In this document: positions 45,976-56,807 of the stretch, one piece after another
Layout: every line of letters begins with the position of its first letter
How positions within the stretch are numbered: the stretch's first letter is position 1
NCBI GenBank assembly: GCA_944349335.1
Contig: CALVMW010000001.1
Location: 423,671-487,670, forward strand
Length of the DNA: 64,000 nt
DNA from: an uncultured Bacilli bacterium
GTDB taxonomy: Bacteria > Bacillota_I > Bacilli_A > RFN20 > CAG-288
Direction of reading: 5' to 3'
Program-made: the position numbers and the translations under genes
The notes under the pieces: model-generated
What the model was told of the DNA's origin: nothing
What the model saw: only the letters and a program-made list of their open reading frames with translations
The model's database searches: none

Positions 45976-46415
45976 ATGGAATATACAATAAGTCAAGTAG
46001 CTGAAAATTTAATCTTACTATCTCACAGATCCGTTATTATGATAAAGAAGGATTATTACCTGATATAAAAAGAGTTAGTGGTATCCGTAAATTTACCGAT
46101 GCAGATATTGAAGTTATATTTATTATTGAATGCTTAAAAAAGAGTGGTTTACAACTTAAAGAAATAAAACAATTTATCGAATGGACTAAAGAAGGAGATA
46201 AAACTATCCCATTAAGATTAGATTTTTTTATCAATCAGGAGAAAAAAATATTAAATGAAATAAATAAATTAGATAAAGCTTTATCCTTAGTTCGTTATAA
46301 AATTTATTACTATACCAAAGCTAAAGAATTAGGTACTACTTCTCTGATAGAAAATGATAAAAAAACATACATCCCCAAAAATATCCAAAAACTTTACGAT
46401 AATGCCCACAAATAA
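45976..46415 (+). pseudogene. MerR-family transcriptional regulator with a -1 frameshift in a poly-A run (or a sequencing error)
   Basis: Frame 1 reads MEYTISQVAEN... and terminates at 46066. The shifted frame from 46005 reads KFNLTISQIRYYDKEGLLPDIKRVSGIRKFTDADIEVIFIIECLKKSGLQLKEI..., a classic MerR HTH plus effector domain. The break is at GAAAATTT (46003-46010). Confidence 0.65.
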
Positions 46416-46618
46416 TAACTATATTTAAAATCAACATGAATGAAATTAGATTTTCAAGAAGTTCTTGGCAAATAGATGAACCATTAAGCAATAGCTAAGC
46501 AACGCAGTTATATTTACTAATTTTAAGCTTAGCATCACTTAACCATACACTTATGTATATTACCTTGCTAGATTTTTTTAGCAGACATGTATAAGTTTGA
46601 TTATTAAATTTTAGTCTT

Positions 46619-47938
46619 TCATTTTAATGCTAAGACTTCCCAATGACCTATTCTATTAGTTCCAACTCTTATGAGCACTCCCGAATCTTTCAAATTTTTA
46701 ATTGATTTTTTTATAGTAGAAATCTCTTTATTAAGTTTATTAGCTAATTCAGCTATTGTTATATCGTTCTTTTCTTTGATTAAAGATAAAATCGCTGATT
46801 GTGTCTTAGATAGTCGAATGGTGGAATAAATAGTGGAATCATTGGTGGATTTATGGTGGAAATTTAAGTCAGGTAAAATGATTCTAAAATAAGTATTATT
46901 TACATCAAATGAAGGCTTTAAATCACTACTTTCATAAGCCTCTTGAATTCGTTTTATGCCTTTACCAAAATTTTCAATATAGTTAAACTTATCTAGAACT
47001 CGTACTAATCCTGGGTTTCTAAAAGTTTGATATCCACGAAGTATTTGTTCCAATGTTCCGTCCAAAATTCCACCTGGACTAGTAATTTCTACTCTATCAT
47101 CATAAAACTCAATTTTGATATTAGATGGTTTCAAATAATTAGCATGACAGATAGCATTCAATATTGCTTCTCTTAAACTTACGCCTGGATATGATTTTGT
47201 CTCTATTCTTTGAGCTTGATATGGAACGATAATCGCTGAAGTTGTATTAAGCAAATTAGCATATTCAAGAGTTTGATCAGCAATTTTCAAAATAGATCCA
47301 TTAAAAACTTTCTTTGCTTTAAAGTTCAAGTCTTTATCGTATGAAGCAAATTTAATTTCAAGTGGATTTTCATCACTGATTACTAAACCTAAATTTGTAA
47401 AGTTGCCTTCTTTGTTTTTCAAACCTAAAGATAACAATTCTCTTTCACTAAATTCAATATTTTTAGCTTTCGCAAGTTCAATAGCATACGTAAAATGAAG
47501 GTTTTGATTTTCAGCTATTTCTTTTTCAAAAGATATCTTCATGCTGTCCATAAGCATAAAAAGAATCTCTTCATCAGTCAGTTGCTGTTTACTTCTACCT
47601 ACTCTTATATATGTTCCACTTGGTCTAGGTATAGTAGATGCAACATAGTACGGCTTTTTGATACCTTCATTAATATGAATAACTAAAACATTGTCATTAT
47701 CATATCTAAATGAAACTAATTGTTTTGCACTAGGTTTGATTCCTTCTGTTACTATTGATGATATCTTTTGATCATATATATCTTTTGAATCATGAGGAAT
47801 GCCTACCACATTTCCATAATCATCAACACCAATATAAATAGTTCCACCATGAGCATTCAAAAAAGCGATGATTTCTTTGTCTAAATCTTTCACTATCTCA
47901 CGCTTAAGTTCAACTTTGTCGCTTTCTTCGTATCTCAC
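46619..47938 (-). CDS. AlbA_2 (Schlafen-like) domain protein with a C-terminal HATPase_c_4-like domain and wHTH (annotated in databases as an ATP-dependent DNA helicase RecG-related putative transcriptional regulator)
   Basis: ESDKVELKREIVKD...IIAFLNAHGGTIYIGVDDYGNVVGI AlbA_2 signature; C-terminal wHTH (ILSLIKEKNDITIAELANKL). Confidence 0.65.
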   Translation of the reverse strand: MRYEESDKVELKREIVKDLDKEIIAFLNAHGGTIYIGVDDYGNVVGIPHDSKDIYDQKISSIVTEGIKPSAKQLVSFRYDNDNVLVIHINEGIKKPYYVASTIPRPSGTYIRVGRSKQQLTDEEILFMLMDSMKISFEKEIAENQNLHFTYAIELAKAKNIEFSERELLSLGLKNKEGNFTNLGLVISDENPLEIKFASYDKDLNFKAKKVFNGSILKIADQTLEYANLLNTTSAIIVPYQAQRIETKSYPGVSLREAILNAICHANYLKPSNIKIEFYDDRVEITSPGGILDGTLEQILRGYQTFRNPGLVRVLDKFNYIENFGKGIKRIQEAYESSDLKPSFDVNNTYFRIILPDLNFHHKSTNDSTIYSTIRLSKTQSAILSLIKEKNDITIAELANKLNKEISTIKKSIKNLKDSGVLIRVGTNRIGHWEVLALK

Positions 47939-48182
47939 TATAAAACACCAGCTTCTAAAATATATTTGTTATGAAAAACGGCATTTTATCTACTTTTTTA
48001 AGATAAAAAGATCACAAAATCCTAATATTGTTAATAAAAAAAACAAAGTTAATTGAAATAAAAAGGTGGGACATTTATATAGTAGGGTTTTGTTTTTTTA
48101 GTAGGAATAAAAAATGCCCGATTTCTCGGGCAAATATTGCTGATTTTGACACCATTTAATCTTTTAAAATGAAGTTATCAAA

Positions 48183-48256
48183 TGGCGGGGGAGGAAAGAA
48201 TCGAACTCTCGATAACGGTTTTGGAGACCGCTGTTATACCACTTAACTACTCCCCC
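48183..48256 (-). tRNA. trnW: tRNA-Trp (anticodon CCA)
   Basis: Reverse complement GGGGGAG...CTCCCCC acceptor, anticodon stem GCGGT/ACCGT with loop CTCCAAA, T loop TTCGATT, GCCA end. Confidence 0.8.
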
Positions 48257-48297
48257 AAGTCAAGCGATATATATTTTAGTAAAAAGAAGATTATAAA

Positions 48298-48729
48298 TCA
48301 ATGATTAAATTCTTTAGCGATACTAGATACTAAAGACATATCAGCTTTACCAGCATATTCCTTCTTAAAAGTGACCATTATATTTTTTAGAGATTTATCA
48401 TCAAGTTTAGAAATTACTTCTCTAATTTCATCAGCACTCATCATTTTAGGAAGATATGATTTAATAACTTCAATCTGGGCATCACAATTTGCAACTTCAG
48501 TTTGATTATTACCTTTTAAATACATTTCTTTTTCATCGCTAAGTTCTTTTAAAATCTTAGTTAATATTCTTGTAACATCAGCTTCTGTCATCTCTTCATT
48601 TTTAGAACGCTTTTCGATAGTTTGAAGCTGATAAGCATTGATAATAATACCTAAAACATTACCGCGATTTTCATCCTTATCTTTTAAAGCTTGCATCTTA
48701 GCTTTCTTTAAATCGACAATAGTCAACAT
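48298..48729 (-). CDS. GatB/YqeY-domain protein
   Basis: 143 aa; GNVLGIIINAY...ADMSLVSSIAKE is typical of the YqeY family. Confidence 0.7.
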   Translation of the reverse strand: MLTIVDLKKAKMQALKDKDENRGNVLGIIINAYQLQTIEKRSKNEEMTEADVTRILTKILKELSDEKEMYLKGNNQTEVANCDAQIEVIKSYLPKMMSADEIREVISKLDDKSLKNIMVTFKKEYAGKADMSLVSSIAKEFNH

Positions 48730-48741
48730 AATTTAACCTCC

Positions 48742-49713
48742 TTACTTTAATCTACTTATATAATTTTCAAATCCATAAGAGATGATAGTTGAAGTATCCT
48801 TTATTCTTTTTACTGGAATAGATAGTAATGATTCTAAACTTTCTTTTAGACCAAAGAGATTAGCTGTTCCACCGCAGAGATATAAACCTGAAGAAACAAT
48901 ATCAGAAATTAAATCGGGTTTAGCCTGAGTTAAAACATCCGTTACTTTTAATACTAAATCTTCAATCAATGGTTTAATAAGATTCCTTATCTCACTGCTA
49001 GAGATGATCTTTGAAGTAGGTAAATGAGTAATAGTATCTAAACCGCGAACATCAACCAAACGATTATCACTATTTTCACTTAAAGAACCTAATCTTTTCT
49101 TTATATACTCAATACTTTGTTCACCCACTTGTAAATGTTGATGAATAAGAAGATAACGACGTATCTCTTCATTGATAAGATTACCTGAAAAAGTTGAAGT
49201 GCTAGAAGAAACAATATCGCCTAATGATAATAAAGCAATATCACTATATCCAGCACCACAATTAACTATTAAAGTAGCTGAGGGTGTATAAGTTTCCTCA
49301 CCTAGACCTAAAGCAGTAATCTTTGCTTCACTTTCAATATAGATATTTTTTGCACCTAATCTTTTAGCTACTTGGATAAACGAATTTCTATTTACTGTAG
49401 AAAGAGAAGATGGGGAAGAGAAAACGATAGAACTGATGTGATGAATATCCACTTTATAAAGAGCTTCTTTAAGGAAATGATAAACTAATTCAACATCATT
49501 GATAATACCATTAGTGATAGGAGAATATATTTTTAAACTATAAGGGTTTTTATCTACCATCTTTTCAGTTAAAAAACCGATAGAATCTATCTTCTTACTA
49601 TCACTAGAAATAGCTAATAAAGTACTTTCATCAAAGATGATACTCTTTTTTCTAAAAGAATAAATCAATGTGTTCTTGGTACCTAAATCGATGCCTAAAA
49701 TCTCTTTTGTCAT
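48742..49713 (-). CDS. MreB-like actin homolog (divergent, 323 aa)
   Basis: ILGIDLGTKNTLIY...ESTLLAIS matches the MreB phosphate-1 motif (IDLGTANTLIY...VVAI); ASKHA fold. Confidence 0.55.
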   Translation of the reverse strand: MTKEILGIDLGTKNTLIYSFRKKSIIFDESTLLAISSDSKKIDSIGFLTEKMVDKNPYSLKIYSPITNGIINDVELVYHFLKEALYKVDIHHISSIVFSSPSSLSTVNRNSFIQVAKRLGAKNIYIESEAKITALGLGEETYTPSATLIVNCGAGYSDIALLSLGDIVSSSTSTFSGNLINEEIRRYLLIHQHLQVGEQSIEYIKKRLGSLSENSDNRLVDVRGLDTITHLPTSKIISSSEIRNLIKPLIEDLVLKVTDVLTQAKPDLISDIVSSGLYLCGGTANLFGLKESLESLLSIPVKRIKDTSTIISYGFENYISRLK

Positions 49714-49748
49714 ATAATTATTTTACTTTAAAAAGAGAAAAAAGTATA

Positions 49749-51581
49749 TCAGATATATTCTTCAGGATGATGGGCTTCGTATTTCTTTCTTTCTTCCGTA
49801 TTTAAAATCTTTTTACGCATACGGATAGATTTAGGAGTTATTTCAACTAATTCATCATTATTAATGTAATCTAAACAATCTTCTAAAGACATTCTACGAG
49901 GCGATTTCAAAACAACTGTTGTATCTTTATTAGCACTTCTCTGATTACCTAAAGACTTTGTTTTAGTTACATTAACAGCAATATCGCGATCATACTTATT
50001 TTCACCGACGATCATACCCTCATAAATATTTACACCAGGACCAATAAACATCACACCTCTCTCCTCAGTATATTTAAGAGCATAGGCAGTAGAAACACCG
50101 CTATCAGTAGCAACTAAAACACCATTTGATCTTTGACCGATAGATTTATTAATACGCGGTCTAAACTCTCTAAAAGAGTGATTAATAATGCCGTATCCTT
50201 TAGTTAAAGTCATAAAGGCGTTCATAAATGAGATAAGGCCTCTTGAAGGAATAATATAAACAAGCCTTGTTTGACCATTTTCACTAGTCATATTGATAGT
50301 CTCAGCCGAACGAGAACCAACTAACTGCATAACATTACCTGCAAATTCATCAGGTACATCAATCTGTAAATCTTCAAAAGGCTCATATTCGACGCCATCA
50401 ATATTTTTAATGATGACAGTAGGTTTAGAAACTTGCATTTCAAAGCCTTCTCTTCTCATCGTTTCAATAAGAACAGATAGGTGAAGTTCACCTCTTCCAG
50501 TAACTACAAACGATTCATCAGTAGCTTGTTTTTCAAAACGTAAAGATACGTCCTTTTGACTTTCTTCATATAAACGATCAGAAATCTTTTGAGCAGTTAA
50601 AAGCTTACCTTCTTTACCCGCAAAAGGAGAAGTATTAGCAGCAAAAGTCATCTTCATTGTCGGCTCATCTATTCTTAAAGGAGGTAAGGGATCAATATTA
50701 GAATTATCACAAATAGTTTCACCGACCATAACATCAGATAAACCAGCAAAACCACAAATATCACCAGCATGAACAACATCAGCTTCAATTCTATCTAAAC
50801 CATGGAAAGTAAATAACTTCGCAATTTTAAATTTAACTGTCGTATTATCTAATCTCACGCAGGTATATTCTTGTCCTAAGCGGAGAGAACCTCTATCGAC
50901 TCTACCTATACCGATTCTACCAACATAACGGTTATAATCAAGTAAAGAAGGCTGGAACTGAGTAGACTTACTTTCATCAGCAAAAGGAGCAGGGATAGTA
51001 TCAATAATAGCATTAAATAAAACATCCATACCAGGTTTTTGAGAATCAACATCTTTAGAAAGAGAGGAAGTCATATTTAAAGCAGAAGTATAGACAACAG
51101 GGAATTCAAGCTGCTCATCATCAGCGCCCAAATCAATAAATAATTCTAAAATCTCATTTAAAACTCTCTCAGGATCAGCTCCTGGTCTATCTACTTTATT
51201 GATAACTACAACCGTTTTTAAATGATAAGAGATCGCTTGTTTTAAAACAAAACGAGTCTGTGGCATCGGTCCATCAAAAGCGTCAACTAAAAGACAGACA
51301 CCATCAACCATATTCATAATTCTTTCAACTTCACCTGAAAAATCAGCATGTCCAGGAGTATCGACGATATTAATTTTATAACCATTATAATTTACTCCTG
51401 TTGTTTTCGCTAAGATAGTAATACCTCTCTCATGCTCCAAAGGATTAGAATCCATAACACAAGTCTGAACAACTTGATTATCTCTAAAAGTACCAGAACA
51501 TTTTAATAAAGCATCAACCAATGTGGTTTTTCCATGATCAACGTGAGCGATGATAGCAACATTTCTAATCTTATCATTCAT
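49749..51581 (-). CDS. typA: Translational GTPase TypA/BipA
   Basis: [23 protein letters not shown]1 motif; 610 aa; EF-G-like domains. Confidence 0.85.
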   Translation of the reverse strand: MNDKIRNVAIIAHVDHGKTTLVDALLKCSGTFRDNQVVQTCVMDSNPLEHERGITILAKTTGVNYNGYKINIVDTPGHADFSGEVERIMNMVDGVCLLVDAFDGPMPQTRFVLKQAISYHLKTVVVINKVDRPGADPERVLNEILELFIDLGADDEQLEFPVVYTSALNMTSSLSKDVDSQKPGMDVLFNAIIDTIPAPFADESKSTQFQPSLLDYNRYVGRIGIGRVDRGSLRLGQEYTCVRLDNTTVKFKIAKLFTFHGLDRIEADVVHAGDICGFAGLSDVMVGETICDNSNIDPLPPLRIDEPTMKMTFAANTSPFAGKEGKLLTAQKISDRLYEESQKDVSLRFEKQATDESFVVTGRGELHLSVLIETMRREGFEMQVSKPTVIIKNIDGVEYEPFEDLQIDVPDEFAGNVMQLVGSRSAETINMTSENGQTRLVYIIPSRGLISFMNAFMTLTKGYGIINHSFREFRPRINKSIGQRSNGVLVATDSGVSTAYALKYTEERGVMFIGPGVNIYEGMIVGENKYDRDIAVNVTKTKSLGNQRSANKDTTVVLKSPRRMSLEDCLDYINNDELVEITPKSIRMRKKILNTEERKKYEAHHPEEYI

Positions 51582-51741
51582 ATAAAAACTCTCCTTAAAA
51601 AACCAAGTAATAATTATAATTTCTTTTAAAGATTTAACAATATTTTTTATATATATAATTTTATATATATAAATTATTAAACCTCAAAAAACACGAAAAT
51701 ATAAAAGTAAAAAACATTCTTGCAAAATATGTGAAAACGCT

Positions 51742-53631
51742 TTAATTCAAAGCTTTTTCTAGTTCTTCATAAAGCGGCTGTAACTCTTTATTTACTTCTT
51801 CTATATCTAAAGAAATCTTCTTCATTTTTTCATTATCAGTGTAATTCTCTTCAAGCAGACAAGAATCTTCTAATCTCTTTTTTCTCTCTTCTAATCGATC
51901 TATCTTCATCATTACTTTTTCAGGAGATAAACGAGTAAAGCGAACACGAGTATCCTTCTTTTCAACTTTCTTTTCTGTTTTCTTTAACTGTTCAAGAGCA
52001 ACTTTTTTCTCTTCTAAAATAGTCGATAACTTCTCTTCCTTAAATTCAGTATAAGAACCTTCATAATAATAAGCCTTACCATAATCTAAATAGAGGATTT
52101 TATCAGCAACTTTATCAACAAAATCACGATCATGAGAAATGATAATCAATGTTCCCATAAAAGAATTTAAAGCATCTATAAGTTCAGAAATAGATAAAAC
52201 ATCTAAGTGATTAGTAGGTTCATCTAAAAGCAATAAATCATACTCTTCTAAAGAAAGCTGATAAAGTTCTGTTCTCATCAATTCTCCACCAGAGAGCGAA
52301 GAAAGTTTTTTCTCATTTACTTCCTCATAAGTAAAGCCATACCTCGATAAGCCTGAATAAATCTCTTCATTAGCTTTCCTAGGATAAAGATTACGGAAAT
52401 GAGCAAAGAGCGTCTCTTCACTATCATAAGAGCGGATATCCTGCTTTAATAACCCTGTCCTTAAAGTAAAGTAACGGCGAATATTACCTTTCAACGGCTT
52501 TAATTCACCTAATAATGTCCTTCCTAAAGTAGACTTACCGATTCCATTAGAACCCATTATCGCTAAATGATCTTGTCCAAAAAGAGAAAAATTAATATCA
52601 GTGATTAAAGGATGATCATAACCGATAGCTAAATCAGTTACATCCATGATTCTTTTCCCAGTTCGAGTATCACCTTTTAACGACATATTTAAATGAATCT
52701 CCTTCTTTTTAGAAGGATCATCGATAGCATTATTATTTAATCTCTCTAACTTTTTAACACGATCTTTAGCACGAGAAGCAAAACGCGGTTTAGGCATATA
52801 AAAAGCGATAAACCTTTCTAGCTTTTTTCTTTGCTCTTCCTGCTTTTTATATTCAGCTAACTGATTTAAATATCGATCTCTCTTCTCTTTACAATAATTG
52901 TCGTATGTACAGTTATAATATGTAAAAACTTTATTTTCAATCTCTAAAATGCTTTTAGCAAGTCTTTTAACAAATGCCATATCATGCGAAACAAAAATAA
53001 TAGTTCCTTGATATGCTGATAGATAATCTTCTAACCACTCGATAGAGATAATATCAAGATGATTAGTAGGTTCATCTAATATCAAAATATCCGGATTTAA
53101 TAGGAGAAGTTTAGCAAAAGCTAAACGGGATTTTTCTCCTCCTGAAAAGGAGCTGATCTTTCTTTCATAATCCTCTTTTTTAAAGTTGAACATATTAAGT
53201 ATAAGGGCAATCTTATACTTATATTCATAACCTCCATGAGCTTGAAAAGAACTTTCTTTAGCCGAGTAAGATTTTAAACTTTCTTCATCAAATGGATTAT
53301 CGGCTATCTTAATTGCTAATTCTTCTAATTTCTTTTCCTCACTTAAAATATCTTTAAAAACTGTTAAAGCCTCTTCATATAAAGTATGTTCAGGATTTTC
53401 AATTACATCCTGAGAAAGATAACCGATAGAAATATTTTTAGAAAGAACAATTGAACCAGAATCAGGTTCAATCTCTCTAAGTATCATCTTTAAAAGAGTA
53501 GATTTACCAGTCCCATTAGGACCAATAATAGCCATTCTTTCTTTTTCTTTTACACTTAAAGAAAGAGGCTCAAATAGCCTCTCTCCATCATATTCTTTAG
53601 TAACGTTTTGAATAGATAAAACAATAGCCAT
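51742..53631 (-). CDS. ABC-F family ATPase (two ABC domains, no TMD; Uup/EttA-like)
   Basis: Two Walker A motifs (GPNGTGKST and GSNGIGKST), two LSGGE signatures, an inter-domain linker and a C-terminal coiled coil. Confidence 0.8.
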   Translation of the reverse strand: MAIVLSIQNVTKEYDGERLFEPLSLSVKEKERMAIIGPNGTGKSTLLKMILREIEPDSGSIVLSKNISIGYLSQDVIENPEHTLYEEALTVFKDILSEEKKLEELAIKIADNPFDEESLKSYSAKESSFQAHGGYEYKYKIALILNMFNFKKEDYERKISSFSGGEKSRLAFAKLLLLNPDILILDEPTNHLDIISIEWLEDYLSAYQGTIIFVSHDMAFVKRLAKSILEIENKVFTYYNCTYDNYCKEKRDRYLNQLAEYKKQEEQRKKLERFIAFYMPKPRFASRAKDRVKKLERLNNNAIDDPSKKKEIHLNMSLKGDTRTGKRIMDVTDLAIGYDHPLITDINFSLFGQDHLAIMGSNGIGKSTLGRTLLGELKPLKGNIRRYFTLRTGLLKQDIRSYDSEETLFAHFRNLYPRKANEEIYSGLSRYGFTYEEVNEKKLSSLSGGELMRTELYQLSLEEYDLLLLDEPTNHLDVLSISELIDALNSFMGTLIIISHDRDFVDKVADKILYLDYGKAYYYEGSYTEFKEEKLSTILEEKKVALEQLKKTEKKVEKKDTRVRFTRLSPEKVMMKIDRLEERKKRLEDSCLLEENYTDNEKMKKISLDIEEVNKELQPLYEELEKALN

Positions 53632-53632
53632 A

Positions 53633-54973
53633 TTAATTCTTTGTTATTGAAAATTCATCCTTATCTTGATCATAAGTAATAAGTTCTTCTACGGTAGGAG
53701 CAACTGGAACAACATCTTGAGAGAAAGAAAAACAATTCAAAGCAGAAGTTTCATATGCTTGCATATTACTTCTCTCAGTATAAAGAGTCAAAAGAAGATC
53801 ACCTTTATTAACTTTATCACCTAGTTTCTTATTCAAAACGATTCCCGCCGCCATATCAATGACATCATTCTTCTTTTCTCTTCCCGCTCCTAAATGCATA
53901 GAAATAAGGCCGAGATTTAAAGTATCGATTTCAGAAATATAACCATTCTTCATCGAACGAATAGGATAAGAATACATAGCTGTAGGGAATTTACTAGGAT
54001 TATCTAAATAAGAAACATCTCCTCCTTCAGCTCTAATAAATGATTTAAAGACTTCAAAAGCACGTCCATTAGCAATATTTCTCTCTAAAGCTTCCCTTGT
54101 CTTTCTCTTATCATTAAACAACTTAGCTTGGAAAAGCATGGTAGTTGCTGAAGTTAAGCAAAGGTCGACAAAGTCTTTAGGTCCTCTACCTTTTAATGTA
54201 TCGATAGCTTCCTTAACTTCAAGAATATTACCGATAGCATAACCTAAAGGTTGATCCATGCTTGTAATCTCAGCGCGAGTATCTTTATGGAAATAGGTAC
54301 CGATCTTTACCATCTCTTGCGCTAATTTTTCAGCTTCTTCTTTAGTTTTCATAAAAGCGCCTTTTCCATATTTAACATCTAATAAGATACAATCTGAACC
54401 AGAGGCTAGCTTTTTAGACATAATGGAAGAAGCGATAAGCGGAATCGATTCAACAGTTCCAGTAACATCTCTTAGAGCATAAAGCTTCTTATCAGCTGGA
54501 ACTAATTCTTCAGATTGACCAACAATAGCCATTCCGCAAGTGTTAACAATATCTAAAAATTGATCGACTGGCATCTCTACATTAACACCAGGAATCGATT
54601 CTAATTTATCTAAAGTGCCACCAGTAAATCCTAACCCACGTCCTGACATCTTAGCGATCTTAATACCTAAAGAAGCAACTAAAGGACAGAGAACAAGACT
54701 AGTTTTATCACCGACACCACCTGTAGAATGCTTATCACATTTAATACCAGGAATTGAAGAAAGATTGAGAGTTTTACCAGAATTGAGCATAGCTTGAGTG
54801 AGATAGAAAGTCTCCATCGCATTCATTCCTCTAATACAGATAGCCATAAGTAGTGATGAGACTTGGTAATCGGGAATCTTATCAGCACAATAATTCGTTA
54901 TCCAATAATTAATCTCATCGACATTCAATTCTTCACCATTCTTCTTTTTTTCGATAATATCAACCATTGTCAT
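53633..54973 (-). CDS. pdp: Pyrimidine-nucleoside (thymidine) phosphorylase
   Basis: MVDIIEKKKNGEEL... and DKHSTGGVGDKTSL signature; 446 aa. Confidence 0.85.
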   Translation of the reverse strand: MTMVDIIEKKKNGEELNVDEINYWITNYCADKIPDYQVSSLLMAICIRGMNAMETFYLTQAMLNSGKTLNLSSIPGIKCDKHSTGGVGDKTSLVLCPLVASLGIKIAKMSGRGLGFTGGTLDKLESIPGVNVEMPVDQFLDIVNTCGMAIVGQSEELVPADKKLYALRDVTGTVESIPLIASSIMSKKLASGSDCILLDVKYGKGAFMKTKEEAEKLAQEMVKIGTYFHKDTRAEITSMDQPLGYAIGNILEVKEAIDTLKGRGPKDFVDLCLTSATTMLFQAKLFNDKRKTREALERNIANGRAFEVFKSFIRAEGGDVSYLDNPSKFPTAMYSYPIRSMKNGYISEIDTLNLGLISMHLGAGREKKNDVIDMAAGIVLNKKLGDKVNKGDLLLTLYTERSNMQAYETSALNCFSFSQDVVPVAPTVEELITYDQDKDEFSITKN

Positions 54974-55000
54974 AAATAATCACCTCTAATAAGATTATAT

Positions 55001-55030
55001 CAAAAAAAATCGCCTATTTAATAGGCGATT
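55001..55030 (-). terminator. Rho-independent terminator (minus strand)
   Basis: AATCGCCTATTTAATAGGCGATT palindrome with an A-run on the plus strand. Confidence 0.65.
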
Positions 55031-55034
55031 TCAA

Positions 55035-55511
55035 CTAATCAAGATAGATGACAACCCAGCGATCGTTTTCATCTCCCGAAAGATTATCATAAACACGAAC
55101 ATAAAGAGTATGTTCCCCAGTCTCACCGATATATGTTAAGGATGAATGTTCATTAATATAGACATACTCTTGATCATCACTAGCTTCTCCGCTCGCACAG
55201 AGAGCTTTATTAGCTTTAAAATAGTTTTGAGCTTTTCCAACTAATGTATAACCGCAATTAGCAGATTGATGAACAGGAACTTCACGACCATCAGCATGGG
55301 TAAACTTAACCTTCGCATCTTTTGTAAGAGTACCTTTAAAATAATACTCTTTAACATCATAAATCGCTGAAGTTTGAGAAGAAAATTGATGCTTTTCTCT
55401 ACCAATAACTACATAAAGATCTTCACCTGTATCCACATTAGTGGTACTTACCTTCTTTGTTGTCTTCACGGCTGCTTTTTTAGTAGTCTTAGATTTTACC
55501 TCTTTCATGGA
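55035..55511 (-). CDS. Hypothetical protein (about 158 aa) with a lysine-rich N-terminus
   Basis: Start placed at MKEVKSK... with GGAGG 8 nt upstream; the track's longer ORF has no RBS. Confidence 0.5.
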   Translation of the reverse strand, partial: SMKEVKSKTTKKAAVKTTKKVSTTNVDTGEDLYVVIGREKHQFSSQTSAIYDVKEYYFKGTLTKDAKVKFTHADGREVPVHQSANCGYTLVGKAQNYFKANKALCASGEASDDQEYVYINEHSSLTYIGETGEHTLYVRVYDNLSGDENDRWVVIYLD

Positions 55512-55562
55512 TGAACCTCCGTTTTTTGTTATATTATATAACAGAAGTGAAAGAGGGTATAT

Positions 55563-56807
55563 ATGAAAAAAGATGAAAAAAGAGAGATGTTGATAGATAT
55601 GGTTGAAAAATATCTTGATGCTGAACAATTGGAAAAATTTAAAAGTAGTTTCAATAGCGAAAGCAAAAAGACCTTTATTAAACAAAAAAAATATACTTTC
55701 TCTTTAGATGAAATAAATAATTTAGGATTAAAACAAATAGATGAACAAAATTATAGTTATAAAAATGAAATAAAAATAAGCCATTCTTTACTTTATAACT
55801 TAGGTGTCATCTACCCTCTTGATTATTCTTCTAGCTATATTATAAAAGTAATAAAGGATTATCTTCCTTCCTATCCTTTAGTTTTAGATATGTGTGCTGC
55901 TCCTGGTGGAAAAAGTATTTCACTCAGTTTCCTAAAAGAAGACGCTCTAATAACTAGTTATGACATCTCTTATTCACGAGTATTAGAAATGATTAAAAAT
56001 GTTGATAGATCAGGACTAAATAATATATTTATCAATTCGATCGACCCATTAAAATTAAATTATTTCGAAACTTTTGATTTTATTATTTTAGATGCTCCAT
56101 GTTCGGGTTCAGGAATGTTTAGAAAAGAAGAAAAGATGTTAGATGATTTAACAGAAAAAAAGATACAGAAGCTCTTACCTATTCAAAAGGACTTATTAAA
56201 AAAAGCAGTGACAATGGTAAAAAAGGGAGGATACATTCTTTATTCAACTTGTTCTTTTTCAATTGATGAGGATGAAAAACAAGTTGAAGAAATATTAAAA
56301 ACAGCAGATATTGAAGAAATAAAGTTAGAGGTAGATAAAACTGTTATAAAAGGAAAGTATGGTTATCATCTTATCCCTGGCATTTTCCCTGGAGAAGGCA
56401 TTTATTTTGCTCTTTTAAGGAAAAAAGGAGAAACGACAAAAGAAAGTAGGATGGATATAACTGAATTTAACTTTAATTCCAACACTTACTCAATACCTTA
56501 CTTATATAAATCATTAACAAAGCAAAGTTTTATTAGACCTGGTATCGCTAAATACTCAAAGGAAAAATATCCAAAATGTGAATTTGATCATCCATATTGT
56601 AAAGTCGATCAAAAAACTGAGAAGTATGATTTATCTTTTGAAGAATGTCAAAAAATATATAGAGGAGAAGAAATCAACTCTTCTTCTACTTATGAAGGAT
56701 TACTGATATTAACCTATAAAAATATACCTATAACTTATGCGTCAAAAAAAGGAAACCGCATAAAAAATTATTTACCGAAATATTTAAGAACTAATATTTT
56801 TTATTAA
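55563..56807 (+). CDS. NOL1/NOP2/Sun-family RNA (cytosine-C5) methyltransferase (RsmB/RsmF-like)
   Basis: Motif I LDMCAAPGGKS, motif IV ILDAPCSGSG, motif VI catalytic YSTCS. Confidence 0.8.
   Translation: MKKDEKREMLIDMVEKYLDAEQLEKFKSSFNSESKKTFIKQKKYTFSLDEINNLGLKQIDEQNYSYKNEIKISHSLLYNLGVIYPLDYSSSYIIKVIKDYLPSYPLVLDMCAAPGGKSISLSFLKEDALITSYDISYSRVLEMIKNVDRSGLNNIFINSIDPLKLNYFETFDFIILDAPCSGSGMFRKEEKMLDDLTEKKIQKLLPIQKDLLKKAVTMVKKGGYILYSTCSFSIDEDEKQVEEILKTADIEEIKLEVDKTVIKGKYGYHLIPGIFPGEGIYFALLRKKGETTKESRMDITEFNFNSNTYSIPYLYKSLTKQSFIRPGIAKYSKEKYPKCEFDHPYCKVDQKTEKYDLSFEECQKIYRGEEINSSSTYEGLLILTYKNIPITYASKKGNRIKNYLPKYLRTNIFY

Noticed and set aside
46037-46234. 65-aa minus-strand ORF
   Set aside because: Antisense to the MerR-family gene, with no RBS. 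The MerR reading is strongly supported by the HTH motif.
51640-51675. TATATATATA-rich stretch upstream of typA as a possible microsatellite or phase-variation site
   Set aside because: It is short and imperfect, and lies in the AT-rich promoter region. It is more likely promoter UP-element-like DNA than a functional repeat.
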